Source of the DNA: a virus
Taxonomy: Duplodnaviria; Caudoviricetes
Reading direction: 5' to 3' (one strand)
Virus record (IMG/VR): IMGVR_UViG_3300029928_000005
Location: 1 to 64,000 of that record
DNA: 64,000 nt
Made by a program: the position numbers and the translations under genes. Below are positions 39,801 to 50,900 of this stretch, piece by piece; positions within the stretch are counted from its first letter, which is position 1; every line of letters begins with the position of its first letter. The notes beneath the pieces are model-generated. The model had not been told where the DNA came from, did no database searches, and was given only the letters and a program-made list of their open reading frames with translations.

Positions 39801-41657
39801 GAAAATTATGAATATAATGCTATCGCTACTGTTTGGTCTTTAAATAATAATATTTATACTAATCCTAATAAAGAACTTGTTCGTATTAATAATATTCGTC
39901 TTATTGATGATAGAACAAATCTAAATGATGATAATATTTTTGGTGCTTATCCCGGATGTTGTACATATAATAGTACTATAGTATTTAGACGTACTGGTGC
40001 TAGATGGGACCCACAATGGACTACTGTTAAAGGTACTGACGGTTGTAGATATTATGCTCTTAATCAAGGTTCTTATAATGTTGTTAGTCCTCAACGTCTT
40101 GTTCAACATAGTTGTTATTTTCATAGATTTTTTGAAAGTAAACAAGAAAATAATAGACCTGATATTCAATATTTTATTCTTAATATTAATAATAAAGAAC
40201 GTTTTGATGATGAAGAAGATACTAAACGAATAGCAGCTCTACCAAATGATTCTCTTATGTTTCATGGTGGTCCTAATGTTCTATTTCCTGGTAGACCTGT
40301 TATGCCTAATCAAACATTAGATATGTATCGTTATCAATTTCCTGATGAAGTTGTTTATGATAAATTACTTCTTGCTTATGACCCTAATAGACGTAATATT
40401 ACTAAATATGATAAGACTATAAGACGTAGTGATGTTATTCAAGACGAATCTTATGTAAATGCTTGGCGAACTTATACTGCTAATAACTATAAAATTATTA
40501 CTGAAAATAAAGGTAATATAGTTAATTTAGTTGGTATTGGTTTGTATCTTCTTGCTCATACTGAACATAGTATGTTTATGTTTGATAGAACAGCTGCTCT
40601 TCAAACTCAAAATCAAGATGTTCAACTCTTAACTCCTGATGCTTTTGATACACAATATAAAGAAGTTTATACAAGTGATAAAGGATTTGCTGGTATTCAA
40701 GATAGATTCGCTTACATTGTTGGAGAGTTTGGTTATGTCTTTTATAATAATGATTTTCATCGTATATTTAAGTTTGATGAAAAAGCTATTAACTACGTTG
40801 ATGATAATATTTATCTTTGGTTAGAAAAAGAACTTCCAATTAAAGTTAGATTTGGTAATGATAAATATAATAATAGATTACTTGCTTGTTTTACTATTGA
40901 TAGTGAACATTGGGAAACTCTAAGTTATAATACTCAAACCGGTACATATATTAGTGCTCATGATTATAAATTTGATTATGCTTATAACACTAAAGTTTAT
41001 AATTATTATCAACATTTTATTCAAGCTACTAGTTTAAAACAATATACTTATGAAACTAATTATGGTAGATATGATAATAATCTAAATGATTTATATAATA
41101 AAACTAATGGTATTGATAGAAATTTATTCCTTCAAGTTCCTGAAGGTGGTGAAGTTCAAGCATCTTATATAGATGTTATTTTTAATGATATGTATGAAAC
41201 TATTAAGTTCCTTGAATATATTAAATATAAAGTAAAACGAATTAATAATTATCTTAATAGATATGATTATGGTAATAATGTAGTTAATGACACATTCCCC
41301 GTAGAAGAAGAAACGTGGTCTAATGTAGCCTATGCTAATAGAAATGTACCTAATTATAGCGGCGATATTATTCGTATCTTTAATGAATATTGTGATACGT
41401 TTGATATAACTGTTGATATTACTAATGACCCTAATAGATATAATCGTTATAAACTTCCTTATTTTGAACTTGGTAATTGGAATTTTAATTATTTTAGAAA
41501 TAATATTCCTGCTCATCCTGGCGAAATAAGTGATAAACTTAGACGAATTTATGGTAATCAAATTGTAGTTCGTTTTATATTTAAAAATACTCCTAACAAA
41601 AGAATTGAATTTGAAAATATTCAATGTATTGTTACTAAACAAAGAAATGTTATATGA
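36834..41657 (+). CDS. Tail stabilisation (muzzle) protein
   Basis: 1607 aa, beta-rich. N-terminal LNL...P......SL..AKNI...LTNEEG, GIYTFFIRY, GEVYSFYIHFV and TLSYN......IS.HDY; synteny. Confidence 0.8.
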   Translation: MSEVPKTLNLNKHPALVPNYSLIQAKNIKLSNDLTRLTNEEGIRQNEHIKEAITNVYGGTGWYIVGVIPTSTELVIFTVSPNPVNNQFDGKIFRYNEDVEYGTSTLNDSKVNNCILVSDQWKWHGGKLKGDYTYNINQHLIVQLAEDPYDKEELNFVATYESNKQDIKVPLKTFDFDDWDIICNKPLGKCIDNPTFTVQDFVDERKVNNRKLENEDDGTDISTRFGNRADWVNAVVPQVPVCNVTWGGLINGNAFKGIYTFFIRYKIDCWGNYTQWYSIGFPIICDDIERNAVSRYNWYYDYGDQDDESGHGYGCIDFYSSNREFCTYLPKIRFKFQATWEVLNFQKYQIGIVIKRNDTTKCFRSDDFDRYPETNGNNKLEEYEYIFNREKLVETSLEELTLDKYNYYNVRNTINYQNRNYISNYTETNYNISEKEIGLFDEGYKINKIFKLKLFAYAPYRRQNPKENAIDLNSITYFQDYCMDEFCYDTNLIHAADDAKGKRKLSNAKSWEKVKGYDYGTWHRIMGGWLPGSHFGVPLYEVIGTDRNKLINVPGYGEDYAWKFILFQRGGRDSFAWWNKDDSRCSIGHVNADGSFQELGTDLTITWDNGDKSVYLDGGYNWMSAYSPYLDYKESFASRLTHKTLVPGEVYSFYIHFVDKFGQSTYGFHIPNLDSDWNGIDLNQTLETYFNGKTEAGITDQQLKAIYAAYRNNPTKWKDYKLYQFINNGGENSSGLIGYNQVLTAVGSTNLKWGYYANNSGQTFHRVPMYNMVADVGYANTRSQFRVFGANVDVDMNNTTTRDFLQRLKDLGYIGWYLSYEKAEPMSRVVGFASETDASEDIDDHPTNHDLDNLEDKFKGDYDGRWTYYRGNNNIATGGISDEKDVHKNVFVYSEDLNTTSRLKVDFNAISFRWSMFDYRGFWQDQGTNKVAEDRASLNLPEVMSTKRFKDVDKIIYPIEDYEILVADAPNNFNKGTRLRVRNPGVFNKENYEYNAIATVWSLNNNIYTNPNKELVRINNIRLIDDRTNLNDDNIFGAYPGCCTYNSTIVFRRTGARWDPQWTTVKGTDGCRYYALNQGSYNVVSPQRLVQHSCYFHRFFESKQENNRPDIQYFILNINNKERFDDEEDTKRIAALPNDSLMFHGGPNVLFPGRPVMPNQTLDMYRYQFPDEVVYDKLLLAYDPNRRNITKYDKTIRRSDVIQDESYVNAWRTYTANNYKIITENKGNIVNLVGIGLYLLAHTEHSMFMFDRTAALQTQNQDVQLLTPDAFDTQYKEVYTSDKGFAGIQDRFAYIVGEFGYVFYNNDFHRIFKFDEKAINYVDDNIYLWLEKELPIKVRFGNDKYNNRLLACFTIDSEHWETLSYNTQTGTYISAHDYKFDYAYNTKVYNYYQHFIQATSLKQYTYETNYGRYDNNLNDLYNKTNGIDRNLFLQVPEGGEVQASYIDVIFNDMYETIKFLEYIKYKVKRINNYLNRYDYGNNVVNDTFPVEEETWSNVAYANRNVPNYSGDIIRIFNEYCDTFDITVDITNDPNRYNRYKLPYFELGNWNFNYFRNNIPAHPGEISDKLRRIYGNQIVVRFIFKNTPNKRIEFENIQCIVTKQRNVI

Positions 41658-42592
41658 ATCAATATAGAGATAGACGTAAAGCATTTATTGGTGCTGTTGT
41701 TGGTGCTGGTCTTGGTGTAGCAAAAGGAATTGCTGGTATTGTTAGTAAAAAGAAACAAGCTGAAAAGCAACAGCAACAAGATTATGTTAATGCTGTTCTA
41801 CAAAGTAAAGGTGGAATGGATGATGAAATTAATAATAATGAAGCTCTTCAAGAACAATTTGAAAGTAAATATGTTATGAAATGTGGTGGTCGTAAAAGAG
41901 CTTGCTATGGTAAAGCTAGTAAAATGGCTTGTGGTGGTAGAAAAAAAGCTGAGCTTGGAGCTTTAACTCCTCTTCAAGCTCCTAAAATTGATGTAAGTCC
42001 TACTAACAATATTGATAGTCTTAATAAAGATTTACAATCACAAATTGGTAATATTGGTAAAATGAATAGTTCTAGTACAGTCGCATCTCCTCTTCCTACG
42101 GGGGGTCAAGCTCAATCGAATTTTAGTACAATAGGAGATGTATCTAATACTGCTGGTAAAATAGAAGCTGGTCTTTCAGGTGTTATGAATTTGGCTGGAA
42201 GTATTGGTAATATGACAGGCAAATTTAAATGTGGTGGTCGTAAGAAAGGTTTAGCTGGTCTTAGTATGGGTATGCAAGCTGGTAATATGGTTGGTGAAAT
42301 AGGTAAAGCATTTGTTAAAGGTCCACAGAAAACTGAAGTTGCTCAAACTAGTATTCGTAAACAAGGACTTACTAATTTAAATCAACTTGGTACTAATAAT
42401 GTTCAAATGCCTACTAATAATATTGTAACTGCTAATACTAATAGTGCTGCACCTATTCCAACTCAACCGTTAGTCGGCGGTGCTGATTCATACATGAAGC
42501 GTTGCGGAGGCAAACAAGCCAAATTTGGCACTTCTCGTCGTCGCTGTGGACTTGGCGTGTCCATCTCGATTAATAGCAAAGCTAAGAAATAA
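41654..42592 (+). CDS. Virion cargo/ejection protein with CGGRK repeats
   Basis: Gly/Ala-rich hydrophobic helices and four CGG(R/K) motifs; follows the muzzle gene. Confidence 0.6.
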   Translation: MNQYRDRRKAFIGAVVGAGLGVAKGIAGIVSKKKQAEKQQQQDYVNAVLQSKGGMDDEINNNEALQEQFESKYVMKCGGRKRACYGKASKMACGGRKKAELGALTPLQAPKIDVSPTNNIDSLNKDLQSQIGNIGKMNSSSTVASPLPTGGQAQSNFSTIGDVSNTAGKIEAGLSGVMNLAGSIGNMTGKFKCGGRKKGLAGLSMGMQAGNMVGEIGKAFVKGPQKTEVAQTSIRKQGLTNLNQLGTNNVQMPTNNIVTANTNSAAPIPTQPLVGGADSYMKRCGGKQAKFGTSRRRCGLGVSISINSKAKK

Positions 42593-42612
42593 ATGGTCTT
42601 AAATCAAACGAG

Positions 42613-45342
42613 ATGAGTTCACTTAGACTTCGTAAAAGACGTATTCCTAACATAGTAAGAGGAGGTCGAGCAATATCTCTAGATAATAATGGTGAATTGT
42701 ATTATTTACAAGGTCGTAGTCATGCGCAAGGAGGTATTGATATAGGCGAAAATCCTAGAACTGGTATTGAAGCTGAAGGTGGTGAAATAGTACAAATGAA
42801 ACCTAATGAATTAAGAGTACTTTCAGCTCAAGATTTTATTGGTGGTGGTGTTAGTCCAGCTAAACAAGTTTTAGCTGGAGCTGACCCAGATAAAGTATTT
42901 AATGAACAAGAAAGATTTAAAGATAGACATAGACTTAATGATGATGGCAGTAAATATAAAGAAGGCGGAAGTAGCGATAATCAAGATAGTTTAAATAATA
43001 AACCTGTTACAAATAAAGAACTTGCTTGGGATATTGTTAAATTATTAGACCCTACAGGTATTACTTCTTATAATGATGTTAAACGAGCTTTTAATGATTA
43101 TAAAGATAATCCTATAGATTTACAATTATTTGGTAATTTATTATTTGAAACTGCTGGAGCTTTACCTGTTATTGGTAAAATTGGTAAGATTGGTAAATTA
43201 CCTAGATTAATTACTAAATGGGGTAGAAGAGCTAAATTATTTAATAAAGCTCCTAAAGTTGCTGGAGATATAGATATGCTATATAATGATGGAGAAATTA
43301 CTAAAGGTTTAGCATATAAAGCTGCTAGAAATAGTGGAGGTATTGATGGAATGGGATTTATTATAGGTTCTGCTATTGATGATAAACCTTATACAGGAAT
43401 TTATAATAATAAAAGTAATAAAAACGTTTTACGTTTATCTATTTATGGAGACGAAACTGGATTTAGAAAAAGTAGAATTAAAGAATCTCTTATAGATACT
43501 AAAAATAATAATGTTATTGGAGACCTAAACAAATATTATTATCATAGTATGTATCCTTACGAAACTATTGATATACCAAAAAATAAAAAAGATGTTATTG
43601 ATAATAATGTAGGAAATATAATTAGAATTAATGGAGATATGATTGAAACAAAAGAACCCATATTAGATTATAAAGATGCAAGTCTAGCTATTAAAAGTCC
43701 TAATAAAGCTAGACTTTTTGATGTTTGGGACCAATCTAATAGTGTTCTTGGTAGAGCTTTAGATTTTGCAACTAGACCTACAGATAAATATAATTCTGGT
43801 ATTCCTACTTTTATTAATGAAATTCCTATAAGATATGTAGATAAAAATAATCAAAATAGTAAAACATTTAATGATATGATTATTCTAGATGATAATTTTA
43901 AAAATCAATTTAATCAAAAAAGAAATGGTGGTATGATTGCTACAATAAATGGAAATGTAAAAAACGGATTAATTACTACTCCACGTAAAAAATGTGGTGG
44001 ACGTAGAAAAGCTGAAGGTGGTTTAACCACTACTACAGGTAGAAGAGGTACTTTAGCCAATGATACTTGGGAAACTAATGTTCTTTATTCTCCTGAACTT
44101 CTTGATTATTATAAAAATATAGATTTAACTCAAGACCATGCTAGGCAAGATGCTTATTTTGCTACTAAGAATACTGTAAATTTTGACCCAAGTGGGGATA
44201 CTTATGATGTTAATAAAGCTGTATTGCCTTATCAACAATGGTTTGCTAGAGACGCTCAAGGTTTGTTTAATAACATTAATAATAATACTGTAGCTAGAGG
44301 TAATACAGGTAATTGGTTAGACAATCGTTGGAGTAATGCTACGGAACAATATCATACCGGTATAAATTTACCAAGAGATGTTATTGTTAAATATAATGAA
44401 CAACTTAAAGCTAATAATAGATATATTGCTAATGACCTAGAAAATAATATGACTAAAGTATATGAAATGCCTGAACTTCTTAAAGCTCCTAATGTTCCAC
44501 AACCTGTTAGACCTGATTTATCTCCTATTGGACGTAATTCATCTCCTATTGGACGTAATTCATCTCCTACGGGGGGTCAAGCTAAAACTCCTCAAAGTTC
44601 TACTCCCCGTAGAAGAATTAAATGGAATAATGACCTTACTTCTCTTGTAGTTAATGGACTTGGTTTTCTTGGAGCTTTTGGTGCTGATTTATGGGGAACT
44701 AATCTTCGTAGTTGGGAACCTTATCTTGAAGCTCCTGTTAAACTTAAAACTAATTGGAATATTAATCCTCAACTTGATAGAATTAGAGAATCTAGTCAAG
44801 AAGCTTATCGAGATATTGATGCTAATACAGCTTCTAGTAGTACAGCTTTAGCTCGTAAACAACGAGTTCGTAATCAAGCTCAATATACTGCTAATGAACA
44901 ATGGGGTACTAAAGAAAATAAAGAAACTGAACTTATTAATAAAGATAAACTTAATAGACAAAGTGTTCGTAATCGTAATACTAATAGATTAAATTATTGG
45001 GCTGAATCTGATGCTAATATTGCTAATATGCGTAGACGTCTTCGTGGTGCTGCTTGGTCTAGTTTATTTGATAATCTTAATAAGACAGTTCAAGGTTATA
45101 TTGGACGTAGAGACCAAAGACGTAGAGATGAAGCTATAGAACGTATGTTTAATAGAGCTTATCCTCATGGAGCTGCTATGGCTAGAAATATTCAAAGTCA
45201 AGAATCTAGCGGTGATGCAACAATTCCTAGTTTAGCTACTAATCCTATCGCTGTTGCTGGTAGATTAGCAACAAAAGCACTTGATGATGAAATTGTAGCA
45301 AAGACTAAGAAAAGATATGGTAGTAAAATTAAAAGAAAATAA
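42613..45342 (+). CDS. Virion cargo protein
   Basis: N-terminal GRSHAQGGI...EAEGGE motif, C-terminal P.KLKT..NINPQL plus Q/N/R coiled coil; variable middle. Confidence 0.7.
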   Translation: MSSLRLRKRRIPNIVRGGRAISLDNNGELYYLQGRSHAQGGIDIGENPRTGIEAEGGEIVQMKPNELRVLSAQDFIGGGVSPAKQVLAGADPDKVFNEQERFKDRHRLNDDGSKYKEGGSSDNQDSLNNKPVTNKELAWDIVKLLDPTGITSYNDVKRAFNDYKDNPIDLQLFGNLLFETAGALPVIGKIGKIGKLPRLITKWGRRAKLFNKAPKVAGDIDMLYNDGEITKGLAYKAARNSGGIDGMGFIIGSAIDDKPYTGIYNNKSNKNVLRLSIYGDETGFRKSRIKESLIDTKNNNVIGDLNKYYYHSMYPYETIDIPKNKKDVIDNNVGNIIRINGDMIETKEPILDYKDASLAIKSPNKARLFDVWDQSNSVLGRALDFATRPTDKYNSGIPTFINEIPIRYVDKNNQNSKTFNDMIILDDNFKNQFNQKRNGGMIATINGNVKNGLITTPRKKCGGRRKAEGGLTTTTGRRGTLANDTWETNVLYSPELLDYYKNIDLTQDHARQDAYFATKNTVNFDPSGDTYDVNKAVLPYQQWFARDAQGLFNNINNNTVARGNTGNWLDNRWSNATEQYHTGINLPRDVIVKYNEQLKANNRYIANDLENNMTKVYEMPELLKAPNVPQPVRPDLSPIGRNSSPIGRNSSPTGGQAKTPQSSTPRRRIKWNNDLTSLVVNGLGFLGAFGADLWGTNLRSWEPYLEAPVKLKTNWNINPQLDRIRESSQEAYRDIDANTASSSTALARKQRVRNQAQYTANEQWGTKENKETELINKDKLNRQSVRNRNTNRLNYWAESDANIANMRRRLRGAAWSSLFDNLNKTVQGYIGRRDQRRRDEAIERMFNRAYPHGAAMARNIQSQESSGDATIPSLATNPIAVAGRLATKALDDEIVAKTKKRYGSKIKRK
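44521..44569 (+). repeat. 21-bp tandem repeat x2.3
   Basis: TCTCCTATTGGACGTAATTCA x2, then TCTCCTA running into a CTACGGGG motif. Confidence 0.95.
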
Positions 45343-45344
45343 TT

Positions 45345-47948
45345 ATGCCTTTTACAGTTGTTTATCCTGAATATACTCCTTCTATAGATTTAAATGCTGT
45401 AGAAAGAACATATAAAAGACTCGAAGATGCACATCAACAAACTATTAATAATTTAAGTACTTCTAAAGCTGCTATTGCTGCTCTTGATTTAAATAAAGAT
45501 GAAGACCCTTGGCGTCAAGAACAAATAGCTAAACTTGATAATGCTATGTCTGATATGTATCTTTATGGTAATGCTTATGCTGCTGCTGATGAATTAAATA
45601 AAATGATTGGTGATATTGCTTCTGACCCCGGTATGATTGGTAGAGTTCGTGCTCAACAACAATATAAAACTTGGGAAACTAATCTTGATAAAAGTAATCT
45701 TAATGATAAACAAAAAGCTTATTTTAAAGTTATGAATAAATATCATTATGAAGATATTCGTGATGATTCAGGTAGAGTAATAGGTGGTACTGATTGGACA
45801 CCTCAAGTTAATTATGTTAATAATGTAGATATTGGAGCTTTAATGGCTAGAGCAACTCAATTAGCTGCTGCAGATGCTAGCGGTAGTGATATTGTATATT
45901 ATAAAGATGCTTCTGGAAGATGGACGACTAATGTTGATGCTTCTATTGATGGACTTCCTTATTATAAAGTTAATGGACAATATGAAGTTCTTAGTAAAGA
46001 TAAAGTTAGATTAGCTTTAGATACTGTTATTAGAGGAACTCCTGGAGCTTTAGATAGTATTAATCAAAATTATGATATTGATAAATGGTATAATGATAAA
46101 GGAGATGCTAGTAGCAAAATGAATATTATAGGTAAAGATGGTAAATTACTTACTAGAAATCAATATATTGAAAGAATACTTGATGGATTTGCTAATATTG
46201 CTAGTTATAGTAAATCTATGACTACTATGACTCCTCTTGCTGGTATGAGTGTTGCAGCTATGAAAGAACATAATAAAAGAAAAGGTACTAATGGAGATTT
46301 TTCTAAAACTTTATTTGATACGTTTGGAGATATTGAAAATACTAAATTTAAAGGAAATACTCGCGAAGAGCCTGATGCTACTATTGAAGGTGTAGCTGCT
46401 ACTCGTAATGCAGCTGTACAACAAATGGCTAATCTTGCTGCTAAATATGATATACAATGGAATGATAAAAATATTGATGCTGGAATGCAAGCTCTTATTC
46501 AAGATGGTAGATTAACTCCTGAAGAATATAGAGTTTTATATGAATATGAATTATCTAATAATGTTTATAAACATCTTATTGATAAAAATCCTAATATAAA
46601 AAATCCAGCAGATTATACTGCTGCTATAGATGCTGGTATTAGTATGATTGATACAGATAAGAATACATATATTATTAAACATAATCAAATTATTAATAAT
46701 TTATTTAATGGACAAGATAAAATAGCTATTGAAACTAATGTAAGTCCTGATTCTATTAAAAAAGCATTAGCTATGAAAGGTATTAATATTAATGATTTAG
46801 GTCTTAGTGTAGAACCATCTGAAGATGGTAATGATATACTTTATATGAATTATGACCATGCTGATAAATTAGGTAAAGCGTATGATATTATAAAACCATA
46901 TATAAATAAAGAAAATATGATACTAAATGGAGACCCTTCCGTTTTAAGTGGAACTATTTATACAAGAAGACCTAATAATCCTTTTGAAATTGCTGGTAAA
47001 CAAATAAATAATTTATATAATCAAGCTATTAAAGATTTAAAAAATAATATAAAAAATAATGATTATGGATATGTTCAAGATGATTTATATAGTATGAATA
47101 CTATTGTTGAAAGTCTTGCTAATAATCGTATGAGACAAAATATGCTTATGGGAGATGAAGTTAATGAATCTGATTATAATAATTATAAGAAATGGTATAA
47201 AGATATGTTTAGCGGATTTGGTAATGTTACTGATAAAGAAATGAGTATTGGTACTGGTGTTAATTCTGAACAAATTATACAAGAAGGTGCTGCTAAACAA
47301 AGTATTATGCAATTTATTCGTATGATAATGAATGGAGAAATTGAAGGTAGTGTTAATAGAAATGTTAAGACTGATATGACTAAAGAACAATTTGATGTTC
47401 AATTTTCTGAAACTGAAAGTCTAAGAAAAAATAAAACTTATGGTGCTGTAATTGATAATTTGGAAAAATATGGAATAAAACTTACAGGTAAAAATGATGG
47501 TATGTATAGATTTACTCTTACTACTGACCCTTTATATACTAATGAAGCTATGCAAGCTATTTATAGTAATCCTGATTTTGTAGCTGCAAAAGACTTATCT
47601 AATTTTGTTAATGCTGGAGCTACAGAAATTCCTTTTGATAGAAGTAAAACTACTATTTATTTTGATAAAAATACAGGTCGGTATAGTTATAGTAGTCAAT
47701 ATAGACCTTCTCCTGAACCAATAACTCAACGAGAAGCTATAAGTATTGCTTCTGGAGATAGAAGACTTTCTGAACTTTATAATTATTATCTTAATAGAAT
47801 AAATAATAATAGACCTTTTAGTCCTTCTGAAGAAATAGAATTTAATAACAATTTAACTCAAGCTGTTATTGATTTAAATCCTGAAGCTTCAGAAGATGAA
47901 ATCAAAGCTATTGTATTTTATCATATAAATAAATTAGAAGGAGAATAA
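45345..47948 (+). CDS. Virion cargo/ejection protein
   Basis: 867 aa with a helical N-terminus, between the cargo and RNAP-associated giant genes; synteny. Confidence 0.65.
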   Translation: MPFTVVYPEYTPSIDLNAVERTYKRLEDAHQQTINNLSTSKAAIAALDLNKDEDPWRQEQIAKLDNAMSDMYLYGNAYAAADELNKMIGDIASDPGMIGRVRAQQQYKTWETNLDKSNLNDKQKAYFKVMNKYHYEDIRDDSGRVIGGTDWTPQVNYVNNVDIGALMARATQLAAADASGSDIVYYKDASGRWTTNVDASIDGLPYYKVNGQYEVLSKDKVRLALDTVIRGTPGALDSINQNYDIDKWYNDKGDASSKMNIIGKDGKLLTRNQYIERILDGFANIASYSKSMTTMTPLAGMSVAAMKEHNKRKGTNGDFSKTLFDTFGDIENTKFKGNTREEPDATIEGVAATRNAAVQQMANLAAKYDIQWNDKNIDAGMQALIQDGRLTPEEYRVLYEYELSNNVYKHLIDKNPNIKNPADYTAAIDAGISMIDTDKNTYIIKHNQIINNLFNGQDKIAIETNVSPDSIKKALAMKGININDLGLSVEPSEDGNDILYMNYDHADKLGKAYDIIKPYINKENMILNGDPSVLSGTIYTRRPNNPFEIAGKQINNLYNQAIKDLKNNIKNNDYGYVQDDLYSMNTIVESLANNRMRQNMLMGDEVNESDYNNYKKWYKDMFSGFGNVTDKEMSIGTGVNSEQIIQEGAAKQSIMQFIRMIMNGEIEGSVNRNVKTDMTKEQFDVQFSETESLRKNKTYGAVIDNLEKYGIKLTGKNDGMYRFTLTTDPLYTNEAMQAIYSNPDFVAAKDLSNFVNAGATEIPFDRSKTTIYFDKNTGRYSYSSQYRPSPEPITQREAISIASGDRRLSELYNYYLNRINNNRPFSPSEEIEFNNNLTQAVIDLNPEASEDEIKAIVFYHINKLEGE

Positions 47949-47951
47949 TAT

Positions 47952-50900
47952 ATGAGTTTAAAAGATGCTTTTAATAAAATGAATCAAGAGCCGGCAAATG
48001 CTGCTGGCTCTAATTATATAAATCCTTTTGAAAGATATATACAAAATAACAATCTTGATAATACTCCTACATATTCTAGTGAAAAAGCAATTAGAAATGT
48101 TGATTTAAGTGGTCAAAATGTTATTCATTATAACCCATTACAATATAATAAATATGATATACCTGTTACTCCTAAAAGTAATATTGATGAACTTAATAGA
48201 CAAAGAGCTATTAATCAATCTTTTGGTGAACAACTTTGGAGATTTGGTGTTCAAACTGTAGGAGACCAAATAGTTCTAGGAACTCTTCAAGCATTTACTG
48301 ATATGGGTGATGCTTTACTTGGTAATCAAGGTGGAGATTATTCTAATCCTCTTAGTACTGCTATAGAAGAAGCTAGAGAAGCTATTAGAGAAGCTAATGA
48401 GATATATAGAGTTAATCCTGGTGAAAGTTTTGATTTAACAGATAGTGGATGGTGGCTTAATGGAGCTACTAGTATTGTAAGTTCTTTAGCTTTAATGGCT
48501 CCCGGACTTGCTGTTACCAAAGGCGTTGGATTATTAGCTAAAGCTATTAATGCCACTAAAGGTGTTACTAAATTATTAGAAGGTTATAATACTGTTGCTA
48601 AAGGAGCTAAACTTGGAGCTTTAACAGTTAATAGTGCTAGAAGTGCTCAAATAATAGGACAAGGAAGTGAAGTATTAGGAATGGCTGCTGTTAGTAGAAT
48701 TGCTGAAAATTATCAAGAAGCTAGACAAACTTATACTAATAGTATTGACCAAGTTATGAATGGTCTTGCCAATATGTCTAATGAAGAAAGAGATGAATTT
48801 GATAAAAACAATCCTGAATTTGCTAACAAATCTGATAGAGAAATAGCAGAATTAATAGCTGGTGAATCTGCTGATGATGTATTTTGGAAAGATATGTATC
48901 TTATAGCTTTTGATGCTATACAACTTAAAGCTCTTAATAAAGTATGGAAAGGTTTTCAAGGCAAAGGTCCTCTTAGTAAAGCTGTTCGTGATGAAGAACG
49001 TAAATTTGCTGCACAAATTAGTGGTAAAACTTATGAACCTCTTACTGGTTTTAAAGGATTTGTTGATGATATGAAATTAATGATAAATCCTAAAATTGTT
49101 TTAACTGAAGCTACTGAAGGTTTAGAAGAATCATGGCAATATACTACTCAAAAAAGAGCTGAAGAAAATCTTCTTAATAAATTAAATCCTAAACAACAAG
49201 TTAGAGGTTATCTTGATATTATTACTGATGAAGAAAGTTTAGAAAATGCTTTTTGGGGATGGATTGGTGGTATTACTTTTCAAGGATTAGGTGGTGCTAC
49301 TATGAGAGGTATTAATGCTTATCAAGATAAACGATATAAAAAAAAACATCCTGAAGATGCTGCTGGATATAATCTTCGTCGTCAAGAAGGAGTTATGGAT
49401 TCTTATAGAACTGAAGAAATTAAATCTCGTATTAGCGAAATAGGTCGTTATCATGAATTAAGAAAACTTGTTGACGATGGTTATGATGTTTATAATTATA
49501 GAACAGATGAAAATAATAATATAATAACAGACCAAGAAGGAAATGTTGTTTATGAACCTCTTACTGATGAATATCAAGGTGAATTAATAAAACAAGATTT
49601 GGAAAATGATATGCTTGTTAATATAGCTTTAAATGCTTATGACAGAGGTAATTATAATGCTCTTAAAGAAACAGTTAAAGATACAAATTTTAATGAACAA
49701 GATAAAAGTTTTGCTGATAGAGCTATTAGTAAAATGGACGAAACTGTTGATATGTATGAAAAAGAATTAGGAATGGCTATTGCTAATTCTTTTTCAGAAA
49801 ATATTGCTCGTCAAATAGCTTTAAATAATGTTAAAGCAAAACTTAAAATTAGAAATCATGAAAAACTTGCTACTGATTTCGGAGTTCATATTGAAGATTT
49901 GATGCGTATTAATAATTATTCTGGTGATGACGAAAAAGAAATAAGAACAAAACTTCAAGAACTTGAACTTGCTTATTATAAAGAACAACTTGAAGAAATT
50001 AATTATCAAATTGAAGATTATAAAAGAAGATATAATGAATCTACTACTGATAGAATTAGTCGTAGTACTTTTTTAAAACAAATTAGACAACTTAATAGAA
50101 TTAAAAATATTATATATAATAAAAAACCTGAACTTAAACAATTAGAAAATAGACGTAATGAAATTGATAATCAAATAACTTCTTTACAAGAAGAACTTAC
50201 TAATGCTGCTAAACAATTAAGAAATGCCATTGATGTTAGAGATAGTAATCTTGAAAAAACTCTTAGTGATGGAATGACTAAAACTCAAGAAACTACTGAT
50301 AATTTAAATAAAGAATTAATAGATATAGATATTTCTAGTAAAAAATCTTATGACGATATTTATGATGAACTTTCTAATATAAATAAAGAAATAGCTGATG
50401 CTAAAAATAATGAACTTACATTTACTAGTAGAGCTTTAATTAACGGAGGAGAAATTCTAAATACTAAAAATGAAATTACTCAAGAAGCTGAATTTATTAA
50501 TAATACTCTTAGAGCATTTAGAGATAAAGAATTAGGAGATGCTGATAAAACTATTAATGATATTATATCTAATAAAGATTTAAATTTAGAAGAAATTGCT
50601 GATGAACTTAATGGAAGACAAACAAATCTTCCAGACGAAGTTAAGACTAGACTTAAAAAAGCTATTGAAAAATATAATCTTTATAGTTATAATAATGCTC
50701 CTATATTAGATAAAATTAGTATTAAACTTAGACAAGAAGCTAGAAAAAGAGAAGAAGCTCCTGAAGCTGTTAAAAATGACGAACCTGTTACTGAAGTTCC
50801 TGTTACTCCTATACAAAGTGAAGCTAGTGAAGAAACTGTTAGTTCCCCCGTAGAAGGAGAAACTCAGTCTACATCTTCTACTTCTACGGGGAGTCAAACA

